Part shown: one piece after another, positions 39,013-47,697 of the stretch | Layout of the letters: the number at the start of each line of letters is the position of its first letter | How positions within the stretch are numbered: the stretch's first letter is position 1 | Assembly (NCBI GenBank): GCA_965662845.1 | Contig: CBFIJD010000013.1 | Location: forward strand, 1-64,000 | Direction of reading: 5' to 3' | Length of the DNA stretch: 64,000 nucleotides | Source: an uncultured bacterium | GTDB taxonomy: Bacteria; SAR324; NAC60-12 | Program-made: the position numbers and the translations under genes | The notes under the pieces: generated by a model | The model's database searches: none | The model's input: only the letters and a program-made list of their open reading frames with translations | Told to the model about the DNA's origin: nothing

Positions 39013-39759
39013 TCACCCCAAACTTTGTAACGTCCACTGCGGCAAGCCCCAATGCGTCAGCAATCCGCCTAAACATAGAAATGGTGCAAAAGGAATCGGC
39101 GTGTCGTGCGCCCGCTGTGGTTGGCGCCACAGCCACCATCCCCCAACAACCGAACCGCTCAGCGCAGCCGACAACACCACGAACGGGAGCAGCTCTGCGC
39201 CAGTCCACGCGCCAATCAAAGCCAGCACCGCAGGGTCGCCGTCGCCGAGTCCTTGACGTTGCCGAACGGCTTCATAAACCACACCCAGCAAGTACAGCCC
39301 TCCGGCTCCGAAGAGCGCTCCTTGCAGCGTCGTCGCAAGCTGTACTGGAGCCGCCCAGAGAGTCGCGCCGACATGTAGAGTCAACGTCAAGACAACAATG
39401 CGATAGTCAATCCACATCGTATGCCAGTCAATGATCGCCAGCAGCAACAGCGCCCAGCAAAACAAGAGCTCATGGCTGACTTGGAAGAGGTCGCGCGCCT
39501 CACTCATCCCCCCACAGATCGACAACAGCAACGGAAGCAACCAGACCGCAGTCGGGAGCCGAGCACCACAGGTTGGGCACTCTCCGCGCCAGCGTATGGA
39601 ATTGGCCAACTCCCAGCGCAACGCCGAAGCACCTACAGGATGACAGGTCACACAGCTCTGATCTTCGGGGGCTTCCTTCCGCAGCTCTGCCAGCCATTGC
39701 TCGGCGACCCAACTCAGCCCGAGCGCTCCGCAGAGCCACAGCACCGCAACGAAGCTCAT
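39013..39759 (-). CDS. Prepilin peptidase (A24 family)
   Basis: Two CxxC motifs, IIDWHT and GLGDGD aspartates, IPFAPFL. Confidence 0.88.
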   Translation of the reverse strand: MSFVAVLWLCGALGLSWVAEQWLAELRKEAPEDQSCVTCHPVGASALRWELANSIRWRGECPTCGARLPTAVWLLPLLLSICGGMSEARDLFQVSHELLFCWALLLLAIIDWHTMWIDYRIVVLTLTLHVGATLWAAPVQLATTLQGALFGAGGLYLLGVVYEAVRQRQGLGDGDPAVLALIGAWTGAELLPFVVLSAALSGSVVGGWWLWRQPQRAHDTPIPFAPFLCLGGLLTHWGLPQWTLQSLG

Positions 39760-40709
39760 TCGCTCGGCAGAATTTGACTGGTATCGGCGTCAATCTCAAA
39801 CTCACGCCGCCCCGGCTCCGTGGGCAGCACCAAGCGCCCCCCTGCAACGTCCAGATTAGAAGGGTCGCTCACCACCGCTTGAATCTTCAAATTCGGACGA
39901 CGCTGCAACCGCTGAGGTTGTAACACCCTAATGGGGATCAGCGCTTCTCCTCGACTGTTCAACCGCGCGCGAGGTGGAAAGCGGACGCCTTCATAGTCAG
40001 AGCGCAGCTCCAACGCTAAAGGTTCCCGCACCGCTCGGCCTCCCTGTCCGCGCGCAGACACGCGGAGTTCAAACTCCACACTCGAACGCGGCAGGCTCCA
40101 GTCTAATCGCGGAGCCGTCAACACGAGGCGGGTGGGGGCGGCTTCCACAAGCTGGGGGAGTTCATCAAAAATGCGAGCATTGCGCAGGCGCTGCCCAGAC
40201 TGCAAGCGCACGCTGCCCACACGATTGCGGACTTCGACCTCCCCATCAGAGAGCAGAACGCTGCCAAATTCAGCGCCAACCGTCACCAGAAACGCAGTTC
40301 CTTGCGGAATCACCTGAAAATGTGGGGTCACGATCTCCGTCGCCTCACTCTCCCCAAAAAAATTGCTCCAGAAAGCACCAAACTTGAGCTGCAAACGCCG
40401 CTGAAACGTGCGTTCGCCGGCCTCTTGCTCTTGCACCGCTTGAATCACAAACTCTGTGTTATTGAACAGCGTAATCTCTGAGCCGTCCCGAAAGAGGATC
40501 GTTGCCCTGCCGTCTGTGCCCGTACGAATCCGGTCTCGCTCATACAACAACAAACCGGCCCGCCCTTGGGTCGAACGCTGCGTGCGCGCCAACGTCACCT
40601 CTACGATCCCTTGACTCTCCATCAACGTCGCTACGGCGTCTTGTGCCTGCGCTGGCGGAGCGACCAGCCCCAGCAAAACAACAAGCATCCACCATGCTCG
40701 CACGATCAT
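39756..40709 (-). CDS. Exported FecR-domain protein
   Basis: Signal peptide, D.IRTG.DGRA.I.F.DGS.I.L..NT, I.TP......GT.F, GEVEV. Confidence 0.85.
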   Translation of the reverse strand: MIVRAWWMLVVLLGLVAPPAQAQDAVATLMESQGIVEVTLARTQRSTQGRAGLLLYERDRIRTGTDGRATILFRDGSEITLFNNTEFVIQAVQEQEAGERTFQRRLQLKFGAFWSNFFGESEATEIVTPHFQVIPQGTAFLVTVGAEFGSVLLSDGEVEVRNRVGSVRLQSGQRLRNARIFDELPQLVEAAPTRLVLTAPRLDWSLPRSSVEFELRVSARGQGGRAVREPLALELRSDYEGVRFPPRARLNSRGEALIPIRVLQPQRLQRRPNLKIQAVVSDPSNLDVAGGRLVLPTEPGRREFEIDADTSQILPSE

Positions 40710-41512
40710 GCGTCTTCTCCTTGTGGCAGGCGAGGAACCCAGCGCTGCCGACGCACAAAGTCTAAGTACACCGGCAAGAAGGACTCAGCGCGCAGCAGCC
40801 CCGCCTCGTATTCCAGCTCAGGAAAGATGTGATAGCGCCAGTACGATTGGGAGCGCGCCGCCTCACGCACGCGCAAAAAGATCGCCTCTTTAGTAGAGGT
40901 AAAGAGCATCCCTGGGGCGCTGGGCCCTTCAGGGAGTTCTTGTTTCACACCTTCCCACGTTTGCGCGGCGCGCAAGGCGAGGCGGACCTTTTCCGTGTCG
41001 CGTTCGTGCAGCTGTGCGGTCTGTTCTTCGGTCAAACGCCACTGCTTGATGTCCGCCGCTAGGGCAGCCCAGCCCGCCTGCGCAAGCTGCGTTTGTTGCG
41101 CGTCACTGGCGGCGATCTCCTCTGGCTCCCACGCATAGGGGTGCGCTCCGAAGGTGGCCACAGAGCGCAGGCGATACGGCTGGCGCGCCGCCCAACAGAA
41201 CCCTACCTGCGCCCCGACCCCGAACCCCAAAAAGTGCAGGTTGTCGAGCCCCAGCTCCTGAAGGATCGTCTCTAAATGCAAACAGCGCGCTTCTGGCGTA
41301 TAGAACGAGGCCTCGTGCGGGGTATCGCTCCTCCCTTGTCCTAACGGGTCGACCAAGATCACCCGAAAGTCTTGTGTCAACTCCTGCAAATAGCCCGCGG
41401 TTTCCCAGCAGTTCAAATCCAGCCACAGCGGCGGATAGAGCAGCAGATAGGGGCCTCGCTCGCCTTCTAAGTCGTAATGTAAGCGTCGCTGTTGCGTCAC
41501 AACAAAAGCCAT
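40706..41512 (-). CDS. Alpha/beta hydrolase fold protein with catalytic residues substituted
   Basis: LHYDLEG, VILVDPLGQGRSD, HFLGFGVGA, P.RLRSV. Confidence 0.85.
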   Translation of the reverse strand: MAFVVTQQRRLHYDLEGERGPYLLLYPPLWLDLNCWETAGYLQELTQDFRVILVDPLGQGRSDTPHEASFYTPEARCLHLETILQELGLDNLHFLGFGVGAQVGFCWAARQPYRLRSVATFGAHPYAWEPEEIAASDAQQTQLAQAGWAALAADIKQWRLTEEQTAQLHERDTEKVRLALRAAQTWEGVKQELPEGPSAPGMLFTSTKEAIFLRVREAARSQSYWRYHIFPELEYEAGLLRAESFLPVYLDFVRRQRWVPRLPQGEDA

Positions 41513-41514
41513 GT

Positions 41515-42516
41515 TCAGGTCGTAGCAAGAGGAGAGAGTTCGGCTTCCATGCGGGCGGCGAAAGCGGCTTCTTCAGGGGAGGCGGGGTGTCGCCAGCGGC
41601 GATGGAACCAAGCCCACTGCGGAGGGTCGGCTAGAATGAGAGCTTCGATGTGACGATTGATCGTGCGCGTCACGCGGTAGAGGTCTTCTTGGAGCGCTGC
41701 CCGCTCGGGCTGAAACTGTCCCCAGTTGTAGAGTTTGACGCGGAACGTCCCGTCAGGTTGGCGCAGTGCGGTGAACCCCAGCACAGGCGCTCCGGTCTTG
41801 AGCGCAAAGCGTGCCACACTCACCGGCGTTTTGGCGAGGCGCCCAAAGAATGGAGCCCAGATGCTCGGCACGTTCGTGTCTTGGTCGATAGCGAGGAAGA
41901 GGACGCCATTGCGTTTGAAGCAGCCTAAGATTTTACGCAAGGTCTGGCCGTCGCCTCGCGGAATGATCTCAATGTTGCCGCGTTGTCGGTTCTGGCGGAT
42001 CAGCTCATTCATGCGCGGGTCGGGCACATTGGTCATGACCAACGCCGCGTAGTGTCCAGATTCCGCCGCATACGGCACGAACATCTCCCAGTTGCCCATG
42101 TGCAAGCCCACTAGCAGCGCGCCTTTGTTGGCTTCCAAGGCTTCTTGCAAGACCTCGAAGTTTTCCACTTTGATGTAGCGCTCGTGTTCGCGCATCAGGC
42201 GTTCCAAAGCGAAGAACTCGGTGAGGAGCTGCCCAAAATGCGCAAAACACTGGCGCACCCACTGCGCCCGCTCCGCGTCTGGCTTCTCAGGAAACACCTT
42301 CGCTAGTTGCAGCTCCGCGACGCCGCGATCTTTCTTCATCACATGATAGGCGATCCAGCCAAGGCCTTTGCCAAGGCTCTGCAGCTGGGGCAACGACAGC
42401 TGTCGCCCTAGCCACAGCCCACCGCGAAAGGCTTGAAACTCCAGCTCGCGGCGGAAGCGGGCAGACCACTTCGGCTTCTTTTTGCGGAAATCGGCGTAGG
42501 AGAGAGAGTCACTCAT
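41515..42516 (-). CDS. Lipid A late acyltransferase (LpxL/HtrB family)
   Basis: HMGNWE, DQD, PFFG..A, P.QW.WFHRRWR. Confidence 0.9.
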   Translation of the reverse strand: MSDSLSYADFRKKKPKWSARFRRELEFQAFRGGLWLGRQLSLPQLQSLGKGLGWIAYHVMKKDRGVAELQLAKVFPEKPDAERAQWVRQCFAHFGQLLTEFFALERLMREHERYIKVENFEVLQEALEANKGALLVGLHMGNWEMFVPYAAESGHYAALVMTNVPDPRMNELIRQNRQRGNIEIIPRGDGQTLRKILGCFKRNGVLFLAIDQDTNVPSIWAPFFGRLAKTPVSVARFALKTGAPVLGFTALRQPDGTFRVKLYNWGQFQPERAALQEDLYRVTRTINRHIEALILADPPQWAWFHRRWRHPASPEEAAFAARMEAELSPLATT

Positions 42517-43901
42517 GCGGGCACAGGGATGCTTTCAAGGTAGGCGCGGACGGCTTTAGTCGTCCCCGCGAGGCGGTGGCTGCGTGTGTCTTGTTGACGA
42601 AGCGCCGCGAGCGTCTCTGGCTCTTCCGGTGCGCTACCGATCGCCGCTTCAATCGCTTTGGCAAACTTGGCGGGGTGGGCACACGCCAGCGAGATCACTT
42701 TGCTGTCGCTTGGGATTTTCTCCGCGGCGGCATAACCAATCGCAGAGTGCGGGTCGAGCAGATAGCCGTGCTCCGCGTGGACTTTACGGATCGTCTCGAT
42801 GGTCTCTGCAGAAGAGACGCGCGCCGAGGAGAACTGACGTTGCGCAGTCGCTAGCTGTGCGCCAGACAGCGTGAGCTTGCCGCTGCTTTGGAATTCTTGC
42901 ATCCAGCCTGAGAGCGTCGCCGCGTCGTTGCCGCTTAGGGCATAGAGATAGCGTTCTAGGTTGCTAGAGATCTGAATGTCCATCGACGGGCTCCACGTCT
43001 CGCGCACCGCCTCGCGGTGATATTCACCACGATCAAACAAGCGATGCAGGATGTCATTCTCATTCGTCGCCACGAGCAGCGTCTCAACCGGCAGCCCCAT
43101 CTGCTGCGCGTAGTAGCCAGCGAGGACGTTGCCGAAGTTGCCCGTGGGGACAGAGAAAGAGACGGGCTCGGTTGCCTCCTGAGCCACGCGAGCGTGCGCG
43201 TAAAAGTAGTAGACGATCTGCGCCAGAACCCGCGCCCAATTGATCGAGTTGACCGCGCCGAGGTGCTGTCGCTGCTTGAACTCCGCGTCATTGAAGAGCG
43301 CCTTCACAAGGTTTTGGGCGTCATCAAAGTTGCCGTCAATCGCGAGGTTATGGACGTTGTCATCTGTGACCGTGATCATCTGAAGCTCTTGCACAGGGCT
43401 GACTTTCCCAAACGGGTGCAGCATGAAGATTTCAAGCCCGCGCTTTCTGCGCACCCCATGGATCGCTGCGCTGCCAGTGTCCCCCGACGTCGCCCCCAAA
43501 ATCCGCAAGTTGGTGCCGCGCTTCTCTAAGATGTACTCGAAGAGGTTCCCCAGAAATTGTAGCGCCACATCTTTGAACGCGAAGGTTGGCCCGTGAAAGA
43601 GCTCCAGCACGTGGTGCGCTCCCACCGAGACGACGGGGGTCACCTCTGGCGTGCGGAAGGCCGCGTAGCTGCGGTCGATCATCTGGCGTAGCGTATCGCT
43701 CGGAATCTCGTCTTGTAGAAAAGCCGACATCACGGCGTAGCTCATCTCAGGGAAGGAGAGCTTACGCCACGCTGCTAGCTGTGAGGTTACATCGGGGATT
43801 TCGGTGGGGACCAGCAAGCCGCCGTCGTCGGCGAGGCCCATCATCACGGCGTCTTCAAAATGTAAGTCCGCGACGCCGCCGCGTGTGCTGCAATAAGGCA
43901 T
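42513..43901 (-). CDS. thrC: Threonine synthase
   Basis: YCSTRG, ELFHGPTFAFKD, ATSGDTGSAA, NSINWAR, VPTGNFGN, SPSMDIQ, AHPAKF. Confidence 0.97.
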   Translation of the reverse strand: MPYCSTRGGVADLHFEDAVMMGLADDGGLLVPTEIPDVTSQLAAWRKLSFPEMSYAVMSAFLQDEIPSDTLRQMIDRSYAAFRTPEVTPVVSVGAHHVLELFHGPTFAFKDVALQFLGNLFEYILEKRGTNLRILGATSGDTGSAAIHGVRRKRGLEIFMLHPFGKVSPVQELQMITVTDDNVHNLAIDGNFDDAQNLVKALFNDAEFKQRQHLGAVNSINWARVLAQIVYYFYAHARVAQEATEPVSFSVPTGNFGNVLAGYYAQQMGLPVETLLVATNENDILHRLFDRGEYHREAVRETWSPSMDIQISSNLERYLYALSGNDAATLSGWMQEFQSSGKLTLSGAQLATAQRQFSSARVSSAETIETIRKVHAEHGYLLDPHSAIGYAAAEKIPSDSKVISLACAHPAKFAKAIEAAIGSAPEEPETLAALRQQDTRSHRLAGTTKAVRAYLESIPVPA

Positions 43902-43985
43902 GGTCTTTGTCAGGTGTGAGGTTACAGGCAGAAAAAGCGCTCAACTGTGCGGAAGGAGCAACGAAAGGTCAAGCAGGGCGGAAAA

Positions 43986-44219
43986 TCACAAGTCTTGCGC
44001 CCACCAGCCCAGCACCAATTTTGCTTCTCGGTCTTTGAACGCAAGCTCCTCAATTTTTCCGTTTGCGAAGCCTTCCCGCAGGTAATGCAATTTCGCCAGA
44101 TATTCCAAGCGACTGTCGCAGTGACTCCAGCCCTTTTCTTTTCGGTAAACCAGTTGATAGTACTCTTCTTCCGCGACCTGCACGGGATGTTCAGAGGCGT
44201 TTGGTGTGAGATTGATCAT
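43986..44219 (-). CDS. Small hypothetical protein (77 aa)
   Basis: MINLTPNASEHPV...LVLGWWAQDL; protein-like composition; heads the thrC-directed gene run. Confidence 0.65.
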   Translation of the reverse strand: MINLTPNASEHPVQVAEEEYYQLVYRKEKGWSHCDSRLEYLAKLHYLREGFANGKIEELAFKDREAKLVLGWWAQDL

Positions 44220-45846
44220 GAGTAGTTCTCTCTTAGAAACGCGACACGGGCGCCTCGGAGTCGCTGCGCTGGGAGGTCTGCTGATCGGGCTGAGCGTTCC
44301 AGGCTTCGGCTTGCAGTGGTTTGGACTCTTCATGCTCGCGCCGCTGTTGATGTTGCTGGAACGCAGCATGACATCGGCTCCGAGCAAGCGCAAAGCGGTG
44401 TTGAAGATGTTCGGCTATTGCTGGCTCGCCGCGACTATCGCCGCTCCCATCGGAGGACACGCGATCACGAGCAGCGTGAACGTCTTTGGACACATGCCCC
44501 TGTTCATCTCCGTGTTGGTCACCGCGCTCGGCTACGGCTTGGAAGTGGCGCTGGTGTTGTTCACCTTCTTCGCGATCCCTCTGCTGCTTTCTCCACGTCA
44601 CCTTTGGCTCGATCTCCCCATGCGGCTGCTGTGGGTTGTGATGCTGGAACCGCACTATCCGCGTTTGTTCGACTGGAGCTTCGGGGGCTGGGCGCTCTAT
44701 CAGTTTCCCCTCATTGAACAGACGGCAGATCTCGTTGGGATGACCGGCATGAGCCTGCTGAGTGTCGGCAGCAACTTTGTCCTGCTTCTCTGGTGGCGAC
44801 AGCGTCAGGTGTCACCTGACACCAGTGTAACCTTAGCTCGCAACGCCGCGCTGATCTGGCTGGGTTTGATGCTCAGCGCCGCTGTTTACGGAGCTTGGCG
44901 CATCAGCCACGTGCGCGAGCAGCCCGTTACCTCACAGTTACAGGTCGCCGCGATTCAACCCAACTTCTCGCTGCAGCAGCTCGCGTCAAATCCCAACCTG
45001 ACCTACTCTGTCCGTGAGCGAAATTTGGAAGGTTTGCTGGCCGATTCACGCCAAGCGCTGCGGCAGCTGCCTCTCCGAGCGGGAACGCCGCGTCTGCTGA
45101 TTTGGCCAGAGTCCACCTTCCCTGCGCCGATTTTGAAGGACGCGGAAGCGCGGGGCCGCGTCGCAGAGTTTGCCCGCGCTGAGCAGACCTTCGTGTTGCT
45201 GACTTCCGTGGATTGGGAGCGCCTCGACAGCGGGCGCTATCGCTTCTATGGCATCTCGGTTTTGATCGATCCGCGAGGCGAATTGATTGCGCGCTACAAC
45301 AAAATTTTCTTGATTCCGTTTGGTGAGACGATCCCGTTGGCCCAGTGGTTCCCTTGGTATGCCGAGTGGCTCCGCGAGCTGGCGCCGAACATCTCTGAGT
45401 TTGAAGCTGGGACGGCCTACACGGTCATGCCTGTTGGGGACGCAGCGGTCGCGGCGCCCATCTGCTTTGACGGGTTCTCGCCTGAAATCCTGCGCAACAT
45501 GAGCGCGAATGGAGCGCAAGTCGCGGCGTTGATGGGCAACCTCGCGTGGTTCGGGCGCAGCACGGCGACCGACCAAATGGAGATGGTCGCTCGTTGGCGC
45601 ACCTTAGAGAACCGCATCCACATGCTGCTGGTCACGAACAGCGGCGCGAGTCAATTTTTGGACACCACAGGCGCTCCGCTCAGTCCTCGTCTCGGCTTGT
45701 TTGAGCAAGGCGCCTTAACAGCAACGATGGCTCTACAATCCACAACCTCGTTTTATCAGAATTATGCGAGAGAGTTAGCGTGGTTCTGGGCAGGAAGTTG
45801 GCTGGTCGCACTGATTTTGCTTTCGCGAGCTCGTAGGAGCAGGTGA
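44218..45846 (+). CDS. lnt: Apolipoprotein N-acyltransferase
   Basis: N-terminal TM segments, IQPN, IWPES, YNK..LIPFGE.IP, PICFD, AWFG. Confidence 0.92.
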   Translation: MSSSLLETRHGRLGVAALGGLLIGLSVPGFGLQWFGLFMLAPLLMLLERSMTSAPSKRKAVLKMFGYCWLAATIAAPIGGHAITSSVNVFGHMPLFISVLVTALGYGLEVALVLFTFFAIPLLLSPRHLWLDLPMRLLWVVMLEPHYPRLFDWSFGGWALYQFPLIEQTADLVGMTGMSLLSVGSNFVLLLWWRQRQVSPDTSVTLARNAALIWLGLMLSAAVYGAWRISHVREQPVTSQLQVAAIQPNFSLQQLASNPNLTYSVRERNLEGLLADSRQALRQLPLRAGTPRLLIWPESTFPAPILKDAEARGRVAEFARAEQTFVLLTSVDWERLDSGRYRFYGISVLIDPRGELIARYNKIFLIPFGETIPLAQWFPWYAEWLRELAPNISEFEAGTAYTVMPVGDAAVAAPICFDGFSPEILRNMSANGAQVAALMGNLAWFGRSTATDQMEMVARWRTLENRIHMLLVTNSGASQFLDTTGAPLSPRLGLFEQGALTATMALQSTTSFYQNYARELAWFWAGSWLVALILLSRARRSR

Positions 45847-45848
45847 GT

Positions 45849-46565
45849 TCATCCGCCTCGGGTCACAAAGACATTGCGGATGGGCTCTCCATACACAGGG
45901 TTGGTGCAAACAGTCTTGACGGTCTCGGTATACCAGTTGCCTCCTCGTTTGGCGGGGATGGAGCTTTGGTTGAGGAACTTGGCGATGCGGTTGTAGCTCA
46001 TTCCTTCGACAGCGCGCTTTTCGCGGATCAGCTTCACAATCTCAACCTCTCCATCCGCCGGCACCAGCTTCTTGTCTCGGTACACAAAACCGTATGGGGC
46101 ATGGCCAACGCGCTCCCCGATCTTGCGTTTGCGTTCAATCAGCTCTCGGGTGCGATCGGAGATGCGACGTGACTCCCACTTGGCGATAATATCCACAACC
46201 TCAAGGACTTTCGCGCCAGCGTCCGTCGCGGTCTCTAAGTTTTCTTCAATTGAAATTAAGTTGACGCCGCACTCCACACAGAGCTTTTGCGTGACCTGAT
46301 GGTGCAGGTGCAGCACGCGCACAAGACGGTCTAAGCGTGGAATGATCAGGGTTTCAATTTCGCCAATCTCTGCGAGGTGTAAAACTTCTGCAAGCCCATT
46401 CAAATCTAAAGTCGCGCTGGTCTCGGCTTCATCTTGAATGATTCTTCTCAGAGTCAGATTGCGGGCGGCTGCATAGTGTCGAATTTGCGACTCTTGTTCC
46501 TCTAAGCTGAAGCCTTTGGGTTGTGTGCGCTGATAGTTGATCCGGATGTATCCGTAAACTCCCAT
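45849..46565 (-). CDS. Serine recombinase/resolvase family protein lacking the catalytic Ser
   Basis: YGYIRIN, SLEEQ, RLDRLVR, E...ISDRT, APYGF, IAKFLN....P...G..W....V; AAGGA RBS. Confidence 0.88.
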   Translation of the reverse strand: MGVYGYIRINYQRTQPKGFSLEEQESQIRHYAAARNLTLRRIIQDEAETSATLDLNGLAEVLHLAEIGEIETLIIPRLDRLVRVLHLHHQVTQKLCVECGVNLISIEENLETATDAGAKVLEVVDIIAKWESRRISDRTRELIERKRKIGERVGHAPYGFVYRDKKLVPADGEVEIVKLIREKRAVEGMSYNRIAKFLNQSSIPAKRGGNWYTETVKTVCTNPVYGEPIRNVFVTRGG

Positions 46566-46665
46566 ATTTCCTTCTTCGCGCGGACTGCCAGCGTCCTCTG
46601 CGGACGAGTAACAGTCTTCAATTTTGGTAACTACATGTCACGTTACAGACTAACGGAAGGTTTAG

Positions 46666-47502
46666 ATGCTTTGTCTGAATTGTCAATTATTTTGTCAGAA
46701 AACTAAAATTCTGATTTTGTCAGGTCTACGGTTTCGCTGGGGACTCTCACTCCTTTTGCTTTTTCTGACAACCGCGCCCCTCGGAGCGACAGATTACCGT
46801 CCTTTATTGCAGGCAGACAGCTCGCTGCGCTATGAACACTGGAACCTCGATCGCCAAGAAGTCACCGGCTATAGCCACTTCAGGCAGAGGTATGACCCCG
46901 TGAAGCAGCGCTGGGAAGAACGCAACGAGAACGTCAAGCCTGACGGCAAACCGTTTACACGCAAACAGCTGATTTTTCAGGAAAATGGCGAGTTAGAGCG
47001 CTACATCGAAGAAGACCTGCGCAAGCCCTATCGCGTAGAGACAACATATCGCCCCAACCAAGCAGAGACGCGACTGCAACGGGACGGGGAAGTGCGGACC
47101 TTTCGGCAAGATCTCTCGTCCAACACGGTCCCGCTGGAGTTGATTCTGTTGCACCTGCGCCACGTCATGCCGCAGCTGCTCGACGGCAAAACCGTACGTT
47201 TTCCGATCTATGCTTCGATGCTGGCGCTTGAGCTAGAAGAGAACGGGTTCCCTCAATCGCTCAGTCAAATTGAAATGCAGGCCGAGCCGGGCAAGCGCCT
47301 GGATTTCTCGGCGCCGTGGGGGTCTCAAGAGAGCTTGCAGGTGGAAGTCTCCCCAGCGTCTTGGACGATTCGCGCGCTGCTGCCTGCGGAAAAGAGCCGG
47401 TTTCGCTTCACCATCGCCACGACCGAGCCTTATTTGATCTTAGTTTTTGAAGAAGGGCAGACGCGGCATTCCTTGATTGAGTGGCAACCCAACCCAGACT
47501 AA
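46666..47502 (+). CDS. Hypothetical exported protein
   Basis: Signal-peptide-like segment (true start may be TTG 46717) and a beta-rich mature part. Confidence 0.7.
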   Translation: MLCLNCQLFCQKTKILILSGLRFRWGLSLLLLFLTTAPLGATDYRPLLQADSSLRYEHWNLDRQEVTGYSHFRQRYDPVKQRWEERNENVKPDGKPFTRKQLIFQENGELERYIEEDLRKPYRVETTYRPNQAETRLQRDGEVRTFRQDLSSNTVPLELILLHLRHVMPQLLDGKTVRFPIYASMLALELEENGFPQSLSQIEMQAEPGKRLDFSAPWGSQESLQVEVSPASWTIRALLPAEKSRFRFTIATTEPYLILVFEEGQTRHSLIEWQPNPD

Positions 47503-47697
47503 CCTTGCTTCAACGCAAAAAATTACGGACATGTGCGTTTTGCTGCGCAGCAATCCACGAAAAATGCATGTCTGCCGACCAAGTTTTTGGCGGGTGCTGC
47601 AAAGCCTCACACCGATCTCGAGCGCTTCACACCTGCCGCCTCACCCGTCGCCCCGCGACCCTGTCATGAAGACACCAAACAGAGAAAGGAATCTCTC

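Noticed and set aside
45849..46565. Recombinase as a marker of a transposon or island
   Set aside because: No terminal repeats, target duplication, transposase or cargo; housekeeping neighbours; catalytic Ser absent.
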